A DNA stretch of 64,000 nt from an uncultured Bacteroidaceae bacterium (lineage in GTDB: Bacteria; Bacillota; Clostridia; Christensenellales; CAG-917), in contig CAZSAC010000002.1 in NCBI GenBank assembly GCA_964604875.1, forward strand, positions 2,813-66,812, read 5' to 3'. The notes below the pieces were generated by a model. That model was not told the DNA's origin and did not search any database. It saw only the letters and a program-made list of their open reading frames with translations. This document shows, piece by piece, positions 50,401 to 59,426 of the stretch. How positions within the stretch are numbered: position 1 is the stretch's first letter; the number at the start of each line of letters is the position of its first letter. A program made the position numbers and the translations under genes.

Positions 50401-51884
50401 AGTCCGTCAGTTGCCGTATAGCCTGCAGAGTTAAAGACATCGGTAAATCCGTTGTCAAACACTAGGGTATATACGTTTTCTTCAAGGGTGTAAGTACCTG
50501 TTTCTGTTTCGCCGTTCTTATTGTATGAAAACGTTAAGTCAGAATTGAAAATATATTTTTCACCCAGAGTGTAGATATTATCAGTCGCTGTCGAGGTTGC
50601 CTTTATACCTTCAAAGTCATATTTTTTTACGGTTCCGTTATCATAGTTTAAATTATAAATTCCGCCATATACATCGCTTCCGTTTATTACTTTGCTATAA
50701 TATTTTCCGTCAAATTGAACTTCTACCCTAACTCCTCTGTAAACACCTGAGGTTTGACCTGATTTAAAACCAAATGCTTGAGTAGTAATGCTTTTAATGC
50801 CTTGTAAGTTGTATTTTGCGTCAATTAACTTATCTTGCCAATCACTTCTTGAAATTGTATTTAGCGTACCGTCATTATTTACGGGAAGGGAAAGCCCGCC
50901 AAATTTAATATCCCCTGTACCCGCAAACTTGTCCCACACTATAAACTTTATTGTTTTTACGGAATCAACTGTAGGATTTTGAACATATGATTTATATTGA
51001 CCTAAAGACTGGCTGTCATCTCCACTAACAACATCGCATTTAACTTCGCCCAATTTATCAACATAATATGCGTTAAATCTGTCATACGCAGAAATATTGG
51101 TAGGAGGAACAGGAGGAGTTTCGCCGTATATGTCAGGAGTAATCGTCGGGCCTTCTCCATCAGTATAAACCTCGGCTTTTATGGATATATTTGAAATACC
51201 AAAAGTGGCTTGGTTGGCTGATGTTGCCGCATTGCCTACATCTGCGTTTGCAGCAGCCGAGAACCCAATACGCAAATATTGGTTTTGCCCCATAATTGTA
51301 TAGCCCGACAAGGTATGAGTGGCATAATTCCCGTTAGTAGACAGGGTTTTAGCATCCTTAAGAGAAACAACGCTTTCACTTGCGGGCTTATCCCTCATCG
51401 CTAGCAAGCTTGACGTAACAGACCCTACTTTTCGGCTGTCATTTGTCATTGCGCCGCTGTCGTCACCCGTTCCGCTAATATTGGAATAAGAAGCAACAGT
51501 ATAAGTCATCGTAATTTTAACCGGACAATTCAGCGCGGCAAATTCATCAGGTAAAGAAACATATGTATAAAACCGAAGTTCGTGTCCTGATTTAATATCT
51601 CTGTATCGAACATAGACGCTGTTACCTGTCTTTTGAGTGCGTCTAATATTAGCGCCGTTTGCGTCAACAACAAAATTATCGCTGTTCATAATCGACGCAG
51701 GCACATTCCAAGTTTTAACTAATCCTGTCGTACCTATCGGATAATCAGTATCCTGAATTGAAAAATCCGATGCAGAGGCAAAGCTTCCATTTGCAAAGCA
51801 TACCCCCATAGTTAGTACTAGCGCTAAAACAAAAACTGTCGCGTATCCAAAAAACCTTTTAAAATTACTTTGTTTTGCTCTCAT
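44493..51884 (-). CDS. Giant surface protein (2463 aa): signal peptide, Ig-like and YDG-type repeats, C-terminal TM anchor with an acidic Ser/Asp/Tyr-rich tail
   Basis: Uninterrupted 7.4-kb ORF. N-terminal signal (FGYATVFVLALVLTMGVCFANGSFASA). Repeated modules with YDG(T) cores (KEYDGTTALTV, DKEYDGTPLATM, SKVYDGTNAVLAEG, VPYDGNTHPYY) ending in ..NY.. motifs. IDRTAP Ig-like boundary. C-terminal TM segment LLMLIIGGVIGVLFIITLIFVLV followed by GRNKKK. No LPXTG. Confidence 0.8.
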   Translation of the reverse strand: MRAKQSNFKRFFGYATVFVLALVLTMGVCFANGSFASASDFSIQDTDYPIGTTGLVKTWNVPASIMNSDNFVVDANGANIRRTQKTGNSVYVRYRDIKSGHELRFYTYVSLPDEFAALNCPVKITMTYTVASYSNISGTGDDSGAMTNDSRKVGSVTSSLLAMRDKPASESVVSLKDAKTLSTNGNYATHTLSGYTIMGQNQYLRIGFSAAANADVGNAATSANQATFGISNISIKAEVYTDGEGPTITPDIYGETPPVPPTNISAYDRFNAYYVDKLGEVKCDVVSGDDSQSLGQYKSYVQNPTVDSVKTIKFIVWDKFAGTGDIKFGGLSLPVNNDGTLNTISRSDWQDKLIDAKYNLQGIKSITTQAFGFKSGQTSGVYRGVRVEVQFDGKYYSKVINGSDVYGGIYNLNYDNGTVKKYDFEGIKATSTATDNIYTLGEKYIFNSDLTFSYNKNGETETGTYTLEENVYTLVFDNGFTDVFNSAGYTATDGLSGEKIFEITKTETFSISKSANTFSHDVNGATLIGTFTETEFRDMLPKLYSIQAADLNGESSGSITSVMLGGIDRTAPAAASIAMDYSSNYNSETGWFTGTSVSFKATIAEADSMQNVNYSYQLFKSDAADIEGAEITLSNNTVVPSLNGKLCTLTSLQSGFYTIKLTSKDASGNIAPVQSCKFKVDSSNVNSIYNAVQSVITNGVNYNGATVRNPIIVKMRQFNAYSGVVYEYRELGGVWQAMVDGQDGYNATTHSFTFDDTLANSISKTYQFRIRTLSGSIIFGSKDTVAINFESRQPGEVYSVYLDRYTEANPYLGILPLTNILFEIDGADSSEIALVEYKVGESGTIRTAAYNVAAGAAIGDFYFYEDGESYARFNTKKTVYIRSKDKTNAYSAWSATDIWVNAPKLLIEFTINDNERVYNNTNSTANDISYVLYNDNTAGLKRQVINSAENKNVVLSFAADSVIYVNGAETVLSSAGLTENEYFQWVSADANGVTVKTKKALVNTVVANFNALTANASDLLKEQFVTLKANDTVTINYKEGDVIYIGNTKLNSLSSVTIQQTKLRWVSSTASTVTLKANSAVSNLRIANFKLSLLSQFENINAAANVPIALTPVSGTQYIVLEGAGQENVVISLITKQATGLGFDVNYDVADTGATLGTKTIEKAKLVIMAQKTGAEWTNVNAPSKEYDGTTALTVAPTYGNNATFACDTFVFEEKWKNFIWTGTFAFLDKNVVLENNIEQLKDVKITNIAFTGDGYSADNYAIVYRNEEGNFVEISATVSAVTKAKIVRRELVVNTEILTPLDKEYDGTPLATMSAESSVQLIGKDANKGIVAGDEVSINMEGSAFFVRYDSATSTWKKDSAASADKKAVMVELSTLGGAQANNYFVKSNYQVLEGDNGALITFKNLKITKLIAPSREYLDGNSSVTNLNDINAVINGAIATDEIKFNISDATYGDLVGENFVPSTQIGWHKVKITYAYSSKDNAIANYKLLDYDNNVITASGSIYASATAEIERNALSVTASIDSKVYDGTNAVLAEGLSLNPTITIGGLTGAYIGIVPSEGTGSVLITGKGDKVNIPYIYFVDKNVNQLPSGEIGTVDVVFVLGKFVPYTEGDTRRRYAIPSGVNANGIPNACFDNKNLDEEVYLSGEGTFVLDLPIYNSAGVDVSNNYSVPWKVVYKKDADAGILGAQITQKAATISVTGLNDTNVNASTGAIEIIYGNYYKNESGVLVKRGANAPVVQFGILEADKEGFNPTIKYSYSADIDASTNVGTGYVIGIESINHRNYSFAPSAITSLLVNVVKKDITVTLPEQAIIFQSTRGTVYGLAFEGLENGDTVNSLVGNNALSKPTYALYKDGVLVSGFPTASTLQPGVYDIKITFGAPLANYNVTVKGGEYSMPEDGNGLIVIRANGFKVNKSVLDGVEFNNVSAVYDKTNKTIVISTTKALPSDAVITYTIYDSFNANDEIGGHIVTTFTSTQTGQGVKNIGHYRVVVTIESSEYATYTDRADLFITPATVTLTLANKDMSVPYDGNTHPYYNLTDKGVLTISSDLISVSNVELEYSTSSTFSTVLKSMPKEVGVYYVRAKLKRSAESDNIICNPSKPRSIRIAAAEVKISITSPKSYIYENCFSKDGEWYTDPVTEAYVYQAITFAAPEEFAELMESLTILYGYVDDEGVRYFSSEAPTDPGSYPFSIKFNDDANKANRYYLSGELSGDLVIANKNIEVVGDDVNSGASVEVVTGSLPLDSLNYILMLNNIQFAANSAEAKAFNVALQNNAGVLRGNYAVSKLYQTELIKSFNSGERELVEIESKLKVSYKTNAKLGKNQKLVRIDVINAETGATNLVVLETTYNSSTGELSFETEKLGYFAIVETAAFSIDDSSLLMLIIGGVIGVLFIITLIFVLVSGRNKKKFQRYLARATETYNTNYSDSSSSYSGGSNDISQGATYNDYDQPQDDSDSDE

Positions 51885-51981
51885 ATTTCTCCTCCAAGTA
51901 AGAACCGAGAAGCCCTTACTGTAATAGCTATAAATATATATAATAATAAGACCTTAAATAAATAGTAGTTGTTAAGCGGTT

Positions 51982-54900
51982 TTATTTTGTAGCCTTAACC
52001 GCTGCTTTTAATAACTTCAGAACGCTAACCTTTCTAATTACAATAAGCATTGCAACACCAGTTAACGCAAGTCCCGCCAAGGCTATTGTTGCGTATAGCG
52101 CATTTTTCTTGGCGGTACCGTCACGCATAACAACGAAATCTCCAACTTCATCGGAAGTGATAACCATTTTCCCGTCAACTAATTCTGCGTCAACTTCAAC
52201 CAACTCGCCTTGCTTCATAAGATAGACGCGGTCGGAAGCTTTGAATTTTGAATCCTTATCCGATAATGTGATTTTTAACGCGCCTGAAGGCTGAATTGAT
52301 ATTGCGTTTTCGCCTTTTAACAATTCAACCGATATAATGGCTTGAACAATATCGTCTCCAACTGTCAAGCCCTCTGCTTGCGCCCACAATAACTTGCTTG
52401 CCGAACCTTCGGCAGCTTTTTTATTGTATGGCACATTAGTGACATTGACGGAAACATCTGAGCCGATAATCGTATTATTTTCTACAGTCACAAGAGCGCC
52501 TGAAGACGTCGTAATATTGTTTTTGCCAACGGTAATATATCCGATGCCGCCAACAACTTCATAATTGTTTTTATATTCTTCTTTTACATTTATAGTATAG
52601 CTGTATGTTCCCGCTTTTGTAATATCTGTTCCTTCTTCAAAAATCAAACCTGTCAAAACGTCATTATTTGGGGAAGTGAACTCAATTTGCGAAGGCACGC
52701 TACCCTCAATGAATAAAATGGTCGGAACGCTGACGTTCAGCTTTTGTTTTGTAATTTTCAGCGTAACCGTCTTTGACATAGGGGTATAGTTTTTGATTGC
52801 TGTTGCAATAGTTGCATCAGAACTTGACGTAACAAGCGTTACAACTACCGTATAAGTCCCCGCGTCAGTGGGCGCAGAGGTTAGGACTGTGGAACCATTT
52901 TTATAAACGTAGGTTACAGGTATATTTTCACTTGTAATTGCCGTTCCAATAGTAATAGGAGCGCCTGAAAAAACCGCTTCTTTATTGGATATTGTAAGCA
53001 TCGGCGCAACAGGATTAATCGTCAATTCTCCATACACAGTTTCTTCCTCCCAACCGGGGTTCTTTTGCCCGTTTAAGAGTTTGCAAACCGATACAACAAC
53101 CTTATAGGAGCCTGCATTTACGGGGCTGGTCGGGAAGTTCGCTGCAACGGAATTTGAGAATTTATAGGCAAAGCTTTCACGGGCTACCAAAGTACCCTCA
53201 GCATTATAATAACTATAGCCGTATCCATATTCGCCATTCAGTTGCGTACAATACATCGGTTGCCCTGCTCCGCTGTAGCCTGTGGTCTTAATATAAACCT
53301 TTGTATCGACGCCGTTTATTTCACGGATAACAGAAATCAAACCTGTGTACTGAGTGCCTGTAACTTGCGCCATAACAACATTTACAACGCCGATATCTTC
53401 TGCAGCAGGCGCGGAAATTGTATAGTTGTAAGCAACGCCAACGCTTTCCACCGTAATCGGGTAACTGGCAATTGGAGAATCGGAAACAGCCGTTGTGCTT
53501 AGAACCGGTTTAATACGTATAGCCTTGCTTGCAGTATCACCGTTTTTAAAGCCAACCCAATTAACGTCTAAATCAACCGACGCGCCGTAATATCTATCTA
53601 CACTTGGTACGGTGAAAGTTAGTGGCGCGGGTGTAATTTCTATCGTTCCGCTTGTAATTTCGAATACATAGTTTTGCGAATAACCGTTTAAACCCTTAAC
53701 AATATAAGTTCCGATATTAGTCTTTCTTCCAACCTCAGAATATGGAATAACCGGATAAAATTCTTCGATTTCTTCAGTCGCATTAAAGGTACCATTATTA
53801 TCAAAATCGCAATACCATTTAGAGTCATCGATATTGAAAACTATTGGCAAATTATTTATTGTGTATTTTGTGTCTTTATAAGTTGCCGTATCGCCATATA
53901 CCATAGTTACGTTTTGAACAACAGCCTTTATTGTCGCCTTTGATATAATTGCGGAAACAACATAGTCAGCAATGATACCGCTGTTGTCTGAACCGTCTAA
54001 TTTATAGTTTGCCAAGTTACCGCCAACAGAGTCGTCCGCCAATCTCAATACAAGATTTTTGAAACTCAAAGTTGTCAGCACGTCTGCTTTTTCCGTGGCT
54101 AGCACGGGCGCAACGCCTGTGTCGTACACAATAACAACACGTTCTTTTCCGGGTAAGGTTGTAGTAATAACAAATTGATAGTCGCTTCCGTTAAACGTTG
54201 TCGTTCTATCGTAAATTTTATTGTATTGAGGAGCTGTAAACCTAATTAATATAGGCTTAATAGCTGCCGTGGTTGTAACTTGCGCCGGCAAATTTAAAGT
54301 ATAGTTTCCGCTGTTAGAACCGCTTAGAAGCACGTCAGCCTTTGGAACTGAAACCGTCAAGGAATCCCCTGCGTTTACTTGTGAGAATTTCAATCCGCCG
54401 GAACGAATACGGACAGAAACCAATTCCCCTTCAACCGTGCCAGAATAAGCATAATCTACCAAAGTAGCAGAATCCGTGCCGTCATAAAATTTGTCGGCAA
54501 CCTTTATCCACGTTATCGTCACTTCCCGCTTGGAAATTGTCCCTGAGGCGGCAACGGCTGCGCCGATAAATTCAAAGTTCGCCAACTTAGCAACTTCCGT
54601 GCAACCTAAAACATCAATGCTAACATTAATATTTCTATTGCCTGCATTTTTGTTGCTCCAAGTATAAGTCAATTCATTTTTGAAAGTGTATTTAGCCTTC
54701 AAAGAGCTTCCGCCGACAGAATCCAAATAGTCAATTCTGTTTATGACTTCCGAAGAATTATAAGCAAACGTATTATCTATTCTTCCATCATAATCTTTGG
54801 TGATTGGCGCGGTAGAATCAAAGGTAAAATATATTTTTCTTGGTTTGATGGTAAACTGAACGCTATCGTCAAATTGGATAGTATAATTTGCGCTTGACGT

Positions 54901-57783
54901 CGAGCTTAATCCATCAGTAATTTCCGTCAAAGTGCCTTGAGTAATTGCATATTTTCCTGCGTCGGCAGTGGTAATACCCGCAGTTGCAAGCGCGCCCGCG
55001 CTCCAAACATCTCCACCAAATAGGGCTGTAGCGGAAACTCCGTCAATCTGGAAAGTATATGTCAATGTATTATCTGTACCATCAAAATATTTTGATTGAT
55101 TTGCGGCGGGAATAATTTTAACAACAGCTTTGTTGATTGTTAAAGTACCGCCCGTTGCGTTTGTAATAAAGTAATTTTGATTGCCCTCGTCTCCCGATGC
55201 CGCCTTGTTATAATTTGTTGTGTCTAACTCAACCGCATAACCTGCAGACGCCCAATCACGTTTACCGCCTAGGGCTTTTTCTGCGCCGTATTTGACAACC
55301 ACGTTTTTATCGGCTTGAGCCAAATCCGCATTTGTCAAAACCACGCCTCCCAACAAGGCTTTTAAGGTGACCTCTTGCTTTTCACCGTTGTAGGTGAATA
55401 CTGTTTGGTCAAGTTCTACCGATATATTTTTTCTAAAATAAACAACTACGCTACTTACGCCGTAAGTTGCGGTATATTTATTATCAGTTAAGCTATACAG
55501 TGTAACGTCGGTTTCACCCTCTCTGGTATCAACCAGTTTAAAGAAAGTATAGCCGGCATTTGTCATAACTTCCATAATTGCCGTTTCGCCACGCTTACCG
55601 TTATTCAATCCTTGAGGAACGCTGCCGCCTTGAGCGCCAAAAATTGAGTTGTCAAAAACGCTCGCATTAATGGCATAGTCATTTTTAGCGTCGACGTTGA
55701 CTTTTACAACCACGTCCGCGCTCTTATTGCCGGCTTGGTCAACAGTCCAATAAGTGATTGTTTTTTCGCCGGCGTATTTTGCGCCGCCAACGTTAAAATT
55801 AAGCGATTGGTCAACAACTGTCCCCGAGGCGTCATAATTTACAATGACAGTTTGAGCAGTGTTCTCGTTATCGCTTATAACATAATAAAGTTTGGATGAA
55901 GTTGCATATGTATCTGCGCCAGCCGTAAAGGTTTTAACTATATTCCAACTTGCAATATAATAATCCAAATGCCAATCGGGCGCTGCGCCGACAGGGAAAG
56001 CTATTGTCGCTGGAGCAGCGGGAGCATCCTTGTCAAATTTTACATTGTATGAATTAGAATTAGCGGCATATGTGGGTTTTGCAACGCTTTTTGCCGCAAA
56101 TTTATAATCTGTTATTTGTGTGCCTGACGTAATCGAAAACATATTTGAAGCTAAATCACTCCAGGTTACGCCATTGTCTGTGGAATAAGCATAAGTAACG
56201 GGGCTGTATACCGTATTCGTTACAGCAAGTTCAAAACTTATGGTTTCATTTGTCCAAGCATTTAATACACCTGTGGGCGTAACGGAAATTGTCGGAGAAT
56301 TAGCGTCTACAATAAAGGGAACGCAGTTTCCTGCAACAAAGTTGCCCGCAGCGTCCACCGCAACCACACAGATTTTATATTTTCCGGTAGGTTTTGTTAA
56401 ATTAAAATCACCAAGCGTATCGGTAGCAACAACTCCCGCGTCGCCTAATTGCCCTGTCGTCAATGAAAAATCTGTCGGATATGCGTTTTCGTCGCCTATC
56501 GCCTTGTAATAATATTTATATGGAGCAGACGAATCGGTAGTACAAGCAAGGCTTAAATTTACCGTACCGCTTCCGTTCCAAGCGGTTGCGTCAGTGGTAA
56601 TTGACGGCGCATTCGGAGCGGTAGTATCAATCCGCCCTATAGTTATCGAAATTTTTAAACCTCTTTTGGAAATAGATTTTGCCTCAACAACATACGTGCC
56701 ATTTTGTTTAAAAACAAAACTAAAGTTTCCGTCGTTTCCGCTCATTGCCAAATTGGCGCTGGAAACCCAGCCGTTTGTCTTAGCCTGCGAAAAAGAGACC
56801 GCGGCGGACCCGTCTTTAGATATGGTTGCCGTGGATGGTATCAAATAGTCTGTTGACGTTGCCGTAAAGGAGACGCCTTTACTTTGCGCCCAGGCATTAT
56901 CAAAATCGCCACCGTTGGTAGCGGTATAAGTCATAGAGGAAAGTTGACCGCTTCCAAGCGCTTGATTGGAAATGGCAGTATCCGCGCCCTCAGCCGAGGT
57001 AGGAAGCAACGCAGAAGAAATAGCTCGGTTAGAAGATGTCGTTCCGTTGGCTATGGTATAGCCGGGGGTAACCTTATCGGGGTTAAACCTAAACATAACC
57101 GAGTTTATAGTCATATCCGCGCCACTTGGTGCGGCTGAGCTGTATTCATAACATACTAGCGTACAGTAGGAGGCTGTTACATCCTTCCAACCGGTGTCTT
57201 GCGCGCCATTTGCTGAATTGGTTAAAAAGTAAGCGCCGTCTTTCTTTTCTTCAGTATATTCGGTTTTTGAAGAGTTAAAAGCCATTCCAAAGGAAAACCA
57301 ATCGGTAGCCGCGATAGAAGAAATCGTATAATTAACTTTCATTTGCAAAATGCCGGAATTTATTATTTCTGCCGGGAAATTGCTAAAATTATAAAAAGCG
57401 TTCCAGGTAACGTGTTCCCTCGTACTATCGAGGCCGTAATTGCTAAGAGAAAGCTTGCCCGAATCGCCACTAGATGAATTTAAAGGAGAAACCCTATCGG
57501 TATTGTATGTATTGCTCACAACTTTAAATCTAGTGGCGTAATCGCCAGTTGACAGCGTCTGCGTAATGTCTTGAATAAAGTCATAATCGCCGTTATAGTT
57601 TAAAGTTTGCAAATAATCAGTAGCGGAAAGCAAGGTATTATTATCAAGCGCTTCTGCTGTTGAAGGGGTATTTCCTACGTTGGAAAAGCCGATGACTGAC
57701 GCCACCAGCGCAAAGCACATAAAAAACACCAAAGCAAAACTGGTTTTATGCAGAAATCTTAAACCTTGATTGGATTTTCTCAT
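51982..57783 (-). CDS. Giant surface protein (1933 aa), paralogous in architecture to the downstream gene
   Basis: Uninterrupted 5.8-kb ORF. Signal/anchor segment (SFALVFFMCFALVASVIGF). IDTTAP, VDANSPT and FDKDAP Ig-like boundaries. YDG-type modules (SKYFDGTDNTL, KDYDGRIDNT, DKFYDGTDSATL, NKIYDRTTTF) with ..GNYTL/ANYKL. C-terminal TM segment LYATIALAGLALTGVAMLIVI followed by RK. No LPXTG. Confidence 0.8.
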   Translation of the reverse strand: MRKSNQGLRFLHKTSFALVFFMCFALVASVIGFSNVGNTPSTAEALDNNTLLSATDYLQTLNYNGDYDFIQDITQTLSTGDYATRFKVVSNTYNTDRVSPLNSSSGDSGKLSLSNYGLDSTREHVTWNAFYNFSNFPAEIINSGILQMKVNYTISSIAATDWFSFGMAFNSSKTEYTEEKKDGAYFLTNSANGAQDTGWKDVTASYCTLVCYEYSSAAPSGADMTINSVMFRFNPDKVTPGYTIANGTTSSNRAISSALLPTSAEGADTAISNQALGSGQLSSMTYTATNGGDFDNAWAQSKGVSFTATSTDYLIPSTATISKDGSAAVSFSQAKTNGWVSSANLAMSGNDGNFSFVFKQNGTYVVEAKSISKRGLKISITIGRIDTTAPNAPSITTDATAWNGSGTVNLSLACTTDSSAPYKYYYKAIGDENAYPTDFSLTTGQLGDAGVVATDTLGDFNLTKPTGKYKICVVAVDAAGNFVAGNCVPFIVDANSPTISVTPTGVLNAWTNETISFELAVTNTVYSPVTYAYSTDNGVTWSDLASNMFSITSGTQITDYKFAAKSVAKPTYAANSNSYNVKFDKDAPAAPATIAFPVGAAPDWHLDYYIASWNIVKTFTAGADTYATSSKLYYVISDNENTAQTVIVNYDASGTVVDQSLNFNVGGAKYAGEKTITYWTVDQAGNKSADVVVKVNVDAKNDYAINASVFDNSIFGAQGGSVPQGLNNGKRGETAIMEVMTNAGYTFFKLVDTREGETDVTLYSLTDNKYTATYGVSSVVVYFRKNISVELDQTVFTYNGEKQEVTLKALLGGVVLTNADLAQADKNVVVKYGAEKALGGKRDWASAGYAVELDTTNYNKAASGDEGNQNYFITNATGGTLTINKAVVKIIPAANQSKYFDGTDNTLTYTFQIDGVSATALFGGDVWSAGALATAGITTADAGKYAITQGTLTEITDGLSSTSSANYTIQFDDSVQFTIKPRKIYFTFDSTAPITKDYDGRIDNTFAYNSSEVINRIDYLDSVGGSSLKAKYTFKNELTYTWSNKNAGNRNINVSIDVLGCTEVAKLANFEFIGAAVAASGTISKREVTITWIKVADKFYDGTDSATLVDYAYSGTVEGELVSVRIRSGGLKFSQVNAGDSLTVSVPKADVLLSGSNSGNYTLNLPAQVTTTAAIKPILIRFTAPQYNKIYDRTTTFNGSDYQFVITTTLPGKERVVIVYDTGVAPVLATEKADVLTTLSFKNLVLRLADDSVGGNLANYKLDGSDNSGIIADYVVSAIISKATIKAVVQNVTMVYGDTATYKDTKYTINNLPIVFNIDDSKWYCDFDNNGTFNATEEIEEFYPVIPYSEVGRKTNIGTYIVKGLNGYSQNYVFEITSGTIEITPAPLTFTVPSVDRYYGASVDLDVNWVGFKNGDTASKAIRIKPVLSTTAVSDSPIASYPITVESVGVAYNYTISAPAAEDIGVVNVVMAQVTGTQYTGLISVIREINGVDTKVYIKTTGYSGAGQPMYCTQLNGEYGYGYSYYNAEGTLVARESFAYKFSNSVAANFPTSPVNAGSYKVVVSVCKLLNGQKNPGWEEETVYGELTINPVAPMLTISNKEAVFSGAPITIGTAITSENIPVTYVYKNGSTVLTSAPTDAGTYTVVVTLVTSSSDATIATAIKNYTPMSKTVTLKITKQKLNVSVPTILFIEGSVPSQIEFTSPNNDVLTGLIFEEGTDITKAGTYSYTINVKEEYKNNYEVVGGIGYITVGKNNITTSSGALVTVENNTIIGSDVSVNVTNVPYNKKAAEGSASKLLWAQAEGLTVGDDIVQAIISVELLKGENAISIQPSGALKITLSDKDSKFKASDRVYLMKQGELVEVDAELVDGKMVITSDEVGDFVVMRDGTAKKNALYATIALAGLALTGVAMLIVIRKVSVLKLLKAAVKATK

Positions 57784-57879
57784 AATTGTTGTTCCTCCTG
57801 CCCTTATGGCCTACGCATATGTATGCGCGCGTATAATTTTTATAAAAAAATGTCTAGCGACACATACCGCTATAGATAT

Positions 57880-57909
57880 AATATACAAGATAAGTAAATA
57901 CAATGTCAA
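57880..57909 (-). promoter_or_regulatory. Sigma-A-type promoter of the giant surface protein genes
   Basis: Minus strand: TTGACA (57909-57904), 18-nt spacer, TATATT (57885-57880). The leader is about 90 nt. Confidence 0.5.
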
Positions 57910-58091
57910 GTGAAATGCAAAAATCCTTTTCCAAAAAAATGGTTTTTTGTCGAAATATACGGGGTTTTTAAAAAAAATTTAAAAAAAATAATATAAATTT
58001 GAAATGAAATCTAAGGGCAAAAATAGTTGATAATAATTTAAAAAATGGTATACTATAATCGCATACAGAGTTTAACTTTTGGAGGTTAAAT

Positions 58092-59120
58092 ATGAGCGAA
58101 AACCACAACGAAAACGCACCTATTGAGGAAACACAAACAACAGCGGACGCGACAGAGACGAACAGCTCTGCCGATGGAGCTTGTCCTCAAAAACCGTGGT
58201 ATTTAAGCGAAAAGCCAAAGCTGACGTTTACGGAATATTTGTCCAAATCGGAGATATTATTACAAATAGTGGTAATATTGGTTACCAGCATAATGCGCGG
58301 TTTGTCGTTGAGCGTGTTCGCCGTGCCGAACAGGCTTTCGTTGGGAGGCATAGCGGGGATAGCGTCCATACTATATAACGCTCTTGGATGGAACGTAGCA
58401 TTAACCACGTTTGTAATGAACATTCCGTTGTTAATCCTGTCATTTTTCTATATAAACAAGCGATTTTGCATTTTGACCACCATAGCGACCTTTTTGACGT
58501 CGGGCGCAATCGAAGTAATAGATATAATGGTTTCCAAGGGATATTTGTTTGTATTTACCGACGACATATTTGTAGCGGCGTTGATGTCGGGGGCGCTGAC
58601 GGGTGTTGCCGTAAGCTGGCTTTTCAAGGTGAATTGCAGCGCAGGCGGCACGGATATTATGGGTCTTTTGGTGCAAAACAGAGCGCCGAATTTCAAGGTA
58701 GTATATCTGACGTTTTTCCTTAACGCAATCATCAACATAATAACTGGCTGGGTGTTCAAAGATTTTGCGGTTGCGATATATTCGTTCATCTGCATATTTG
58801 TTATATCCTACACGTCCGACCTAGTCCAGCGAGGGCTTGTATCGACGGTGGAAGTTAAAATTATCACGTCGGAGACGCAGCAAATATCCGACTATATCAT
58901 AAACGGCTTGCACAGAGGATTGACGTTGCTAAACTCTAAGGGGATGTTCACCGGGCAAGAGCACCCGTATTTGATATGTATAGTCCGCAAGCGTCAGCTA
59001 AATAACCTCAAACGCGTGATAAAAAATATTGACCCGCACGCCTTCATATATATAACCGAGGTATACGACACAATCGGCAACGGTTTTGATAATCGGGTGA
59101 CGCCAAGCTCAAAGCTGTAA
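58092..59120 (+). CDS. yitT: YitT-family membrane protein (with a DUF2179 C-terminal domain)
   Basis: 342 aa. Multi-pass region containing GGTDIM, and a soluble C-terminal domain. GGAGGT ribosome-binding site. Confidence 0.78.
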   Translation: MSENHNENAPIEETQTTADATETNSSADGACPQKPWYLSEKPKLTFTEYLSKSEILLQIVVILVTSIMRGLSLSVFAVPNRLSLGGIAGIASILYNALGWNVALTTFVMNIPLLILSFFYINKRFCILTTIATFLTSGAIEVIDIMVSKGYLFVFTDDIFVAALMSGALTGVAVSWLFKVNCSAGGTDIMGLLVQNRAPNFKVVYLTFFLNAIINIITGWVFKDFAVAIYSFICIFVISYTSDLVQRGLVSTVEVKIITSETQQISDYIINGLHRGLTLLNSKGMFTGQEHPYLICIVRKRQLNNLKRVIKNIDPHAFIYITEVYDTIGNGFDNRVTPSSKL

Positions 59121-59426
59121 GATAAATCAAAAACCTTTTAACATTACAAAAACAAGCGCCTCTAATATAGTGGCGTTTTTTATATCATTTTTTTGACCAA
59201 AAACATAAACTATAGAATGAAACTAACGGATATGACAGCGTCGGAAATCGGGCAGTTGTCTGTGGCAATCGCAGATATTTTGGCGCGGTGTTCGGATTGT
59301 GACGGAGAAATAGAGCTTATTTTGCGACTGCTGAATTTAATCAGAGAAAATTTGGCATTGCAATATTTAAAAAAGTGCAAATAATGTGCTGTCAGAAACG
59401 CTATCTTTTATGTCAAGGTGACGCTT

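Noticed and set aside
51885-51981. Possible terminator or promoter in the 97-nt gap between the two giant genes.
   Set aside because: There are only weak 5-7-bp stems (agcggtt/aaccgct overlapping the stop, and gtaag/cttac), none followed by a T-run, and no clear -35/-10 pair. I cannot decide between co-transcription and separate units.
53242-57138. Several 84-89-aa plus-strand ORFs inside the 1933-aa gene, with analogous ones inside the 2463-aa gene.
   Set aside because: They are antisense to an uninterrupted 5.8-kb ORF, have no ribosome-binding sites, and give arbitrary composition.
58181-58795. Cluster of overlapping ORFs on both strands within yitT.
   Set aside because: The locally higher GC content yields long stop-free shadow frames. 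Only the 58092-59120 frame has a ribosome-binding site, TM pattern and family motifs.
59193-59384. 63-aa plus-strand ORF between yitT and malQ.
   Set aside because: It uses a TTG start, and the internal ATG at 59218 has no Shine-Dalgarno sequence. There is no recognisable motif. It may be real but is unsupported.
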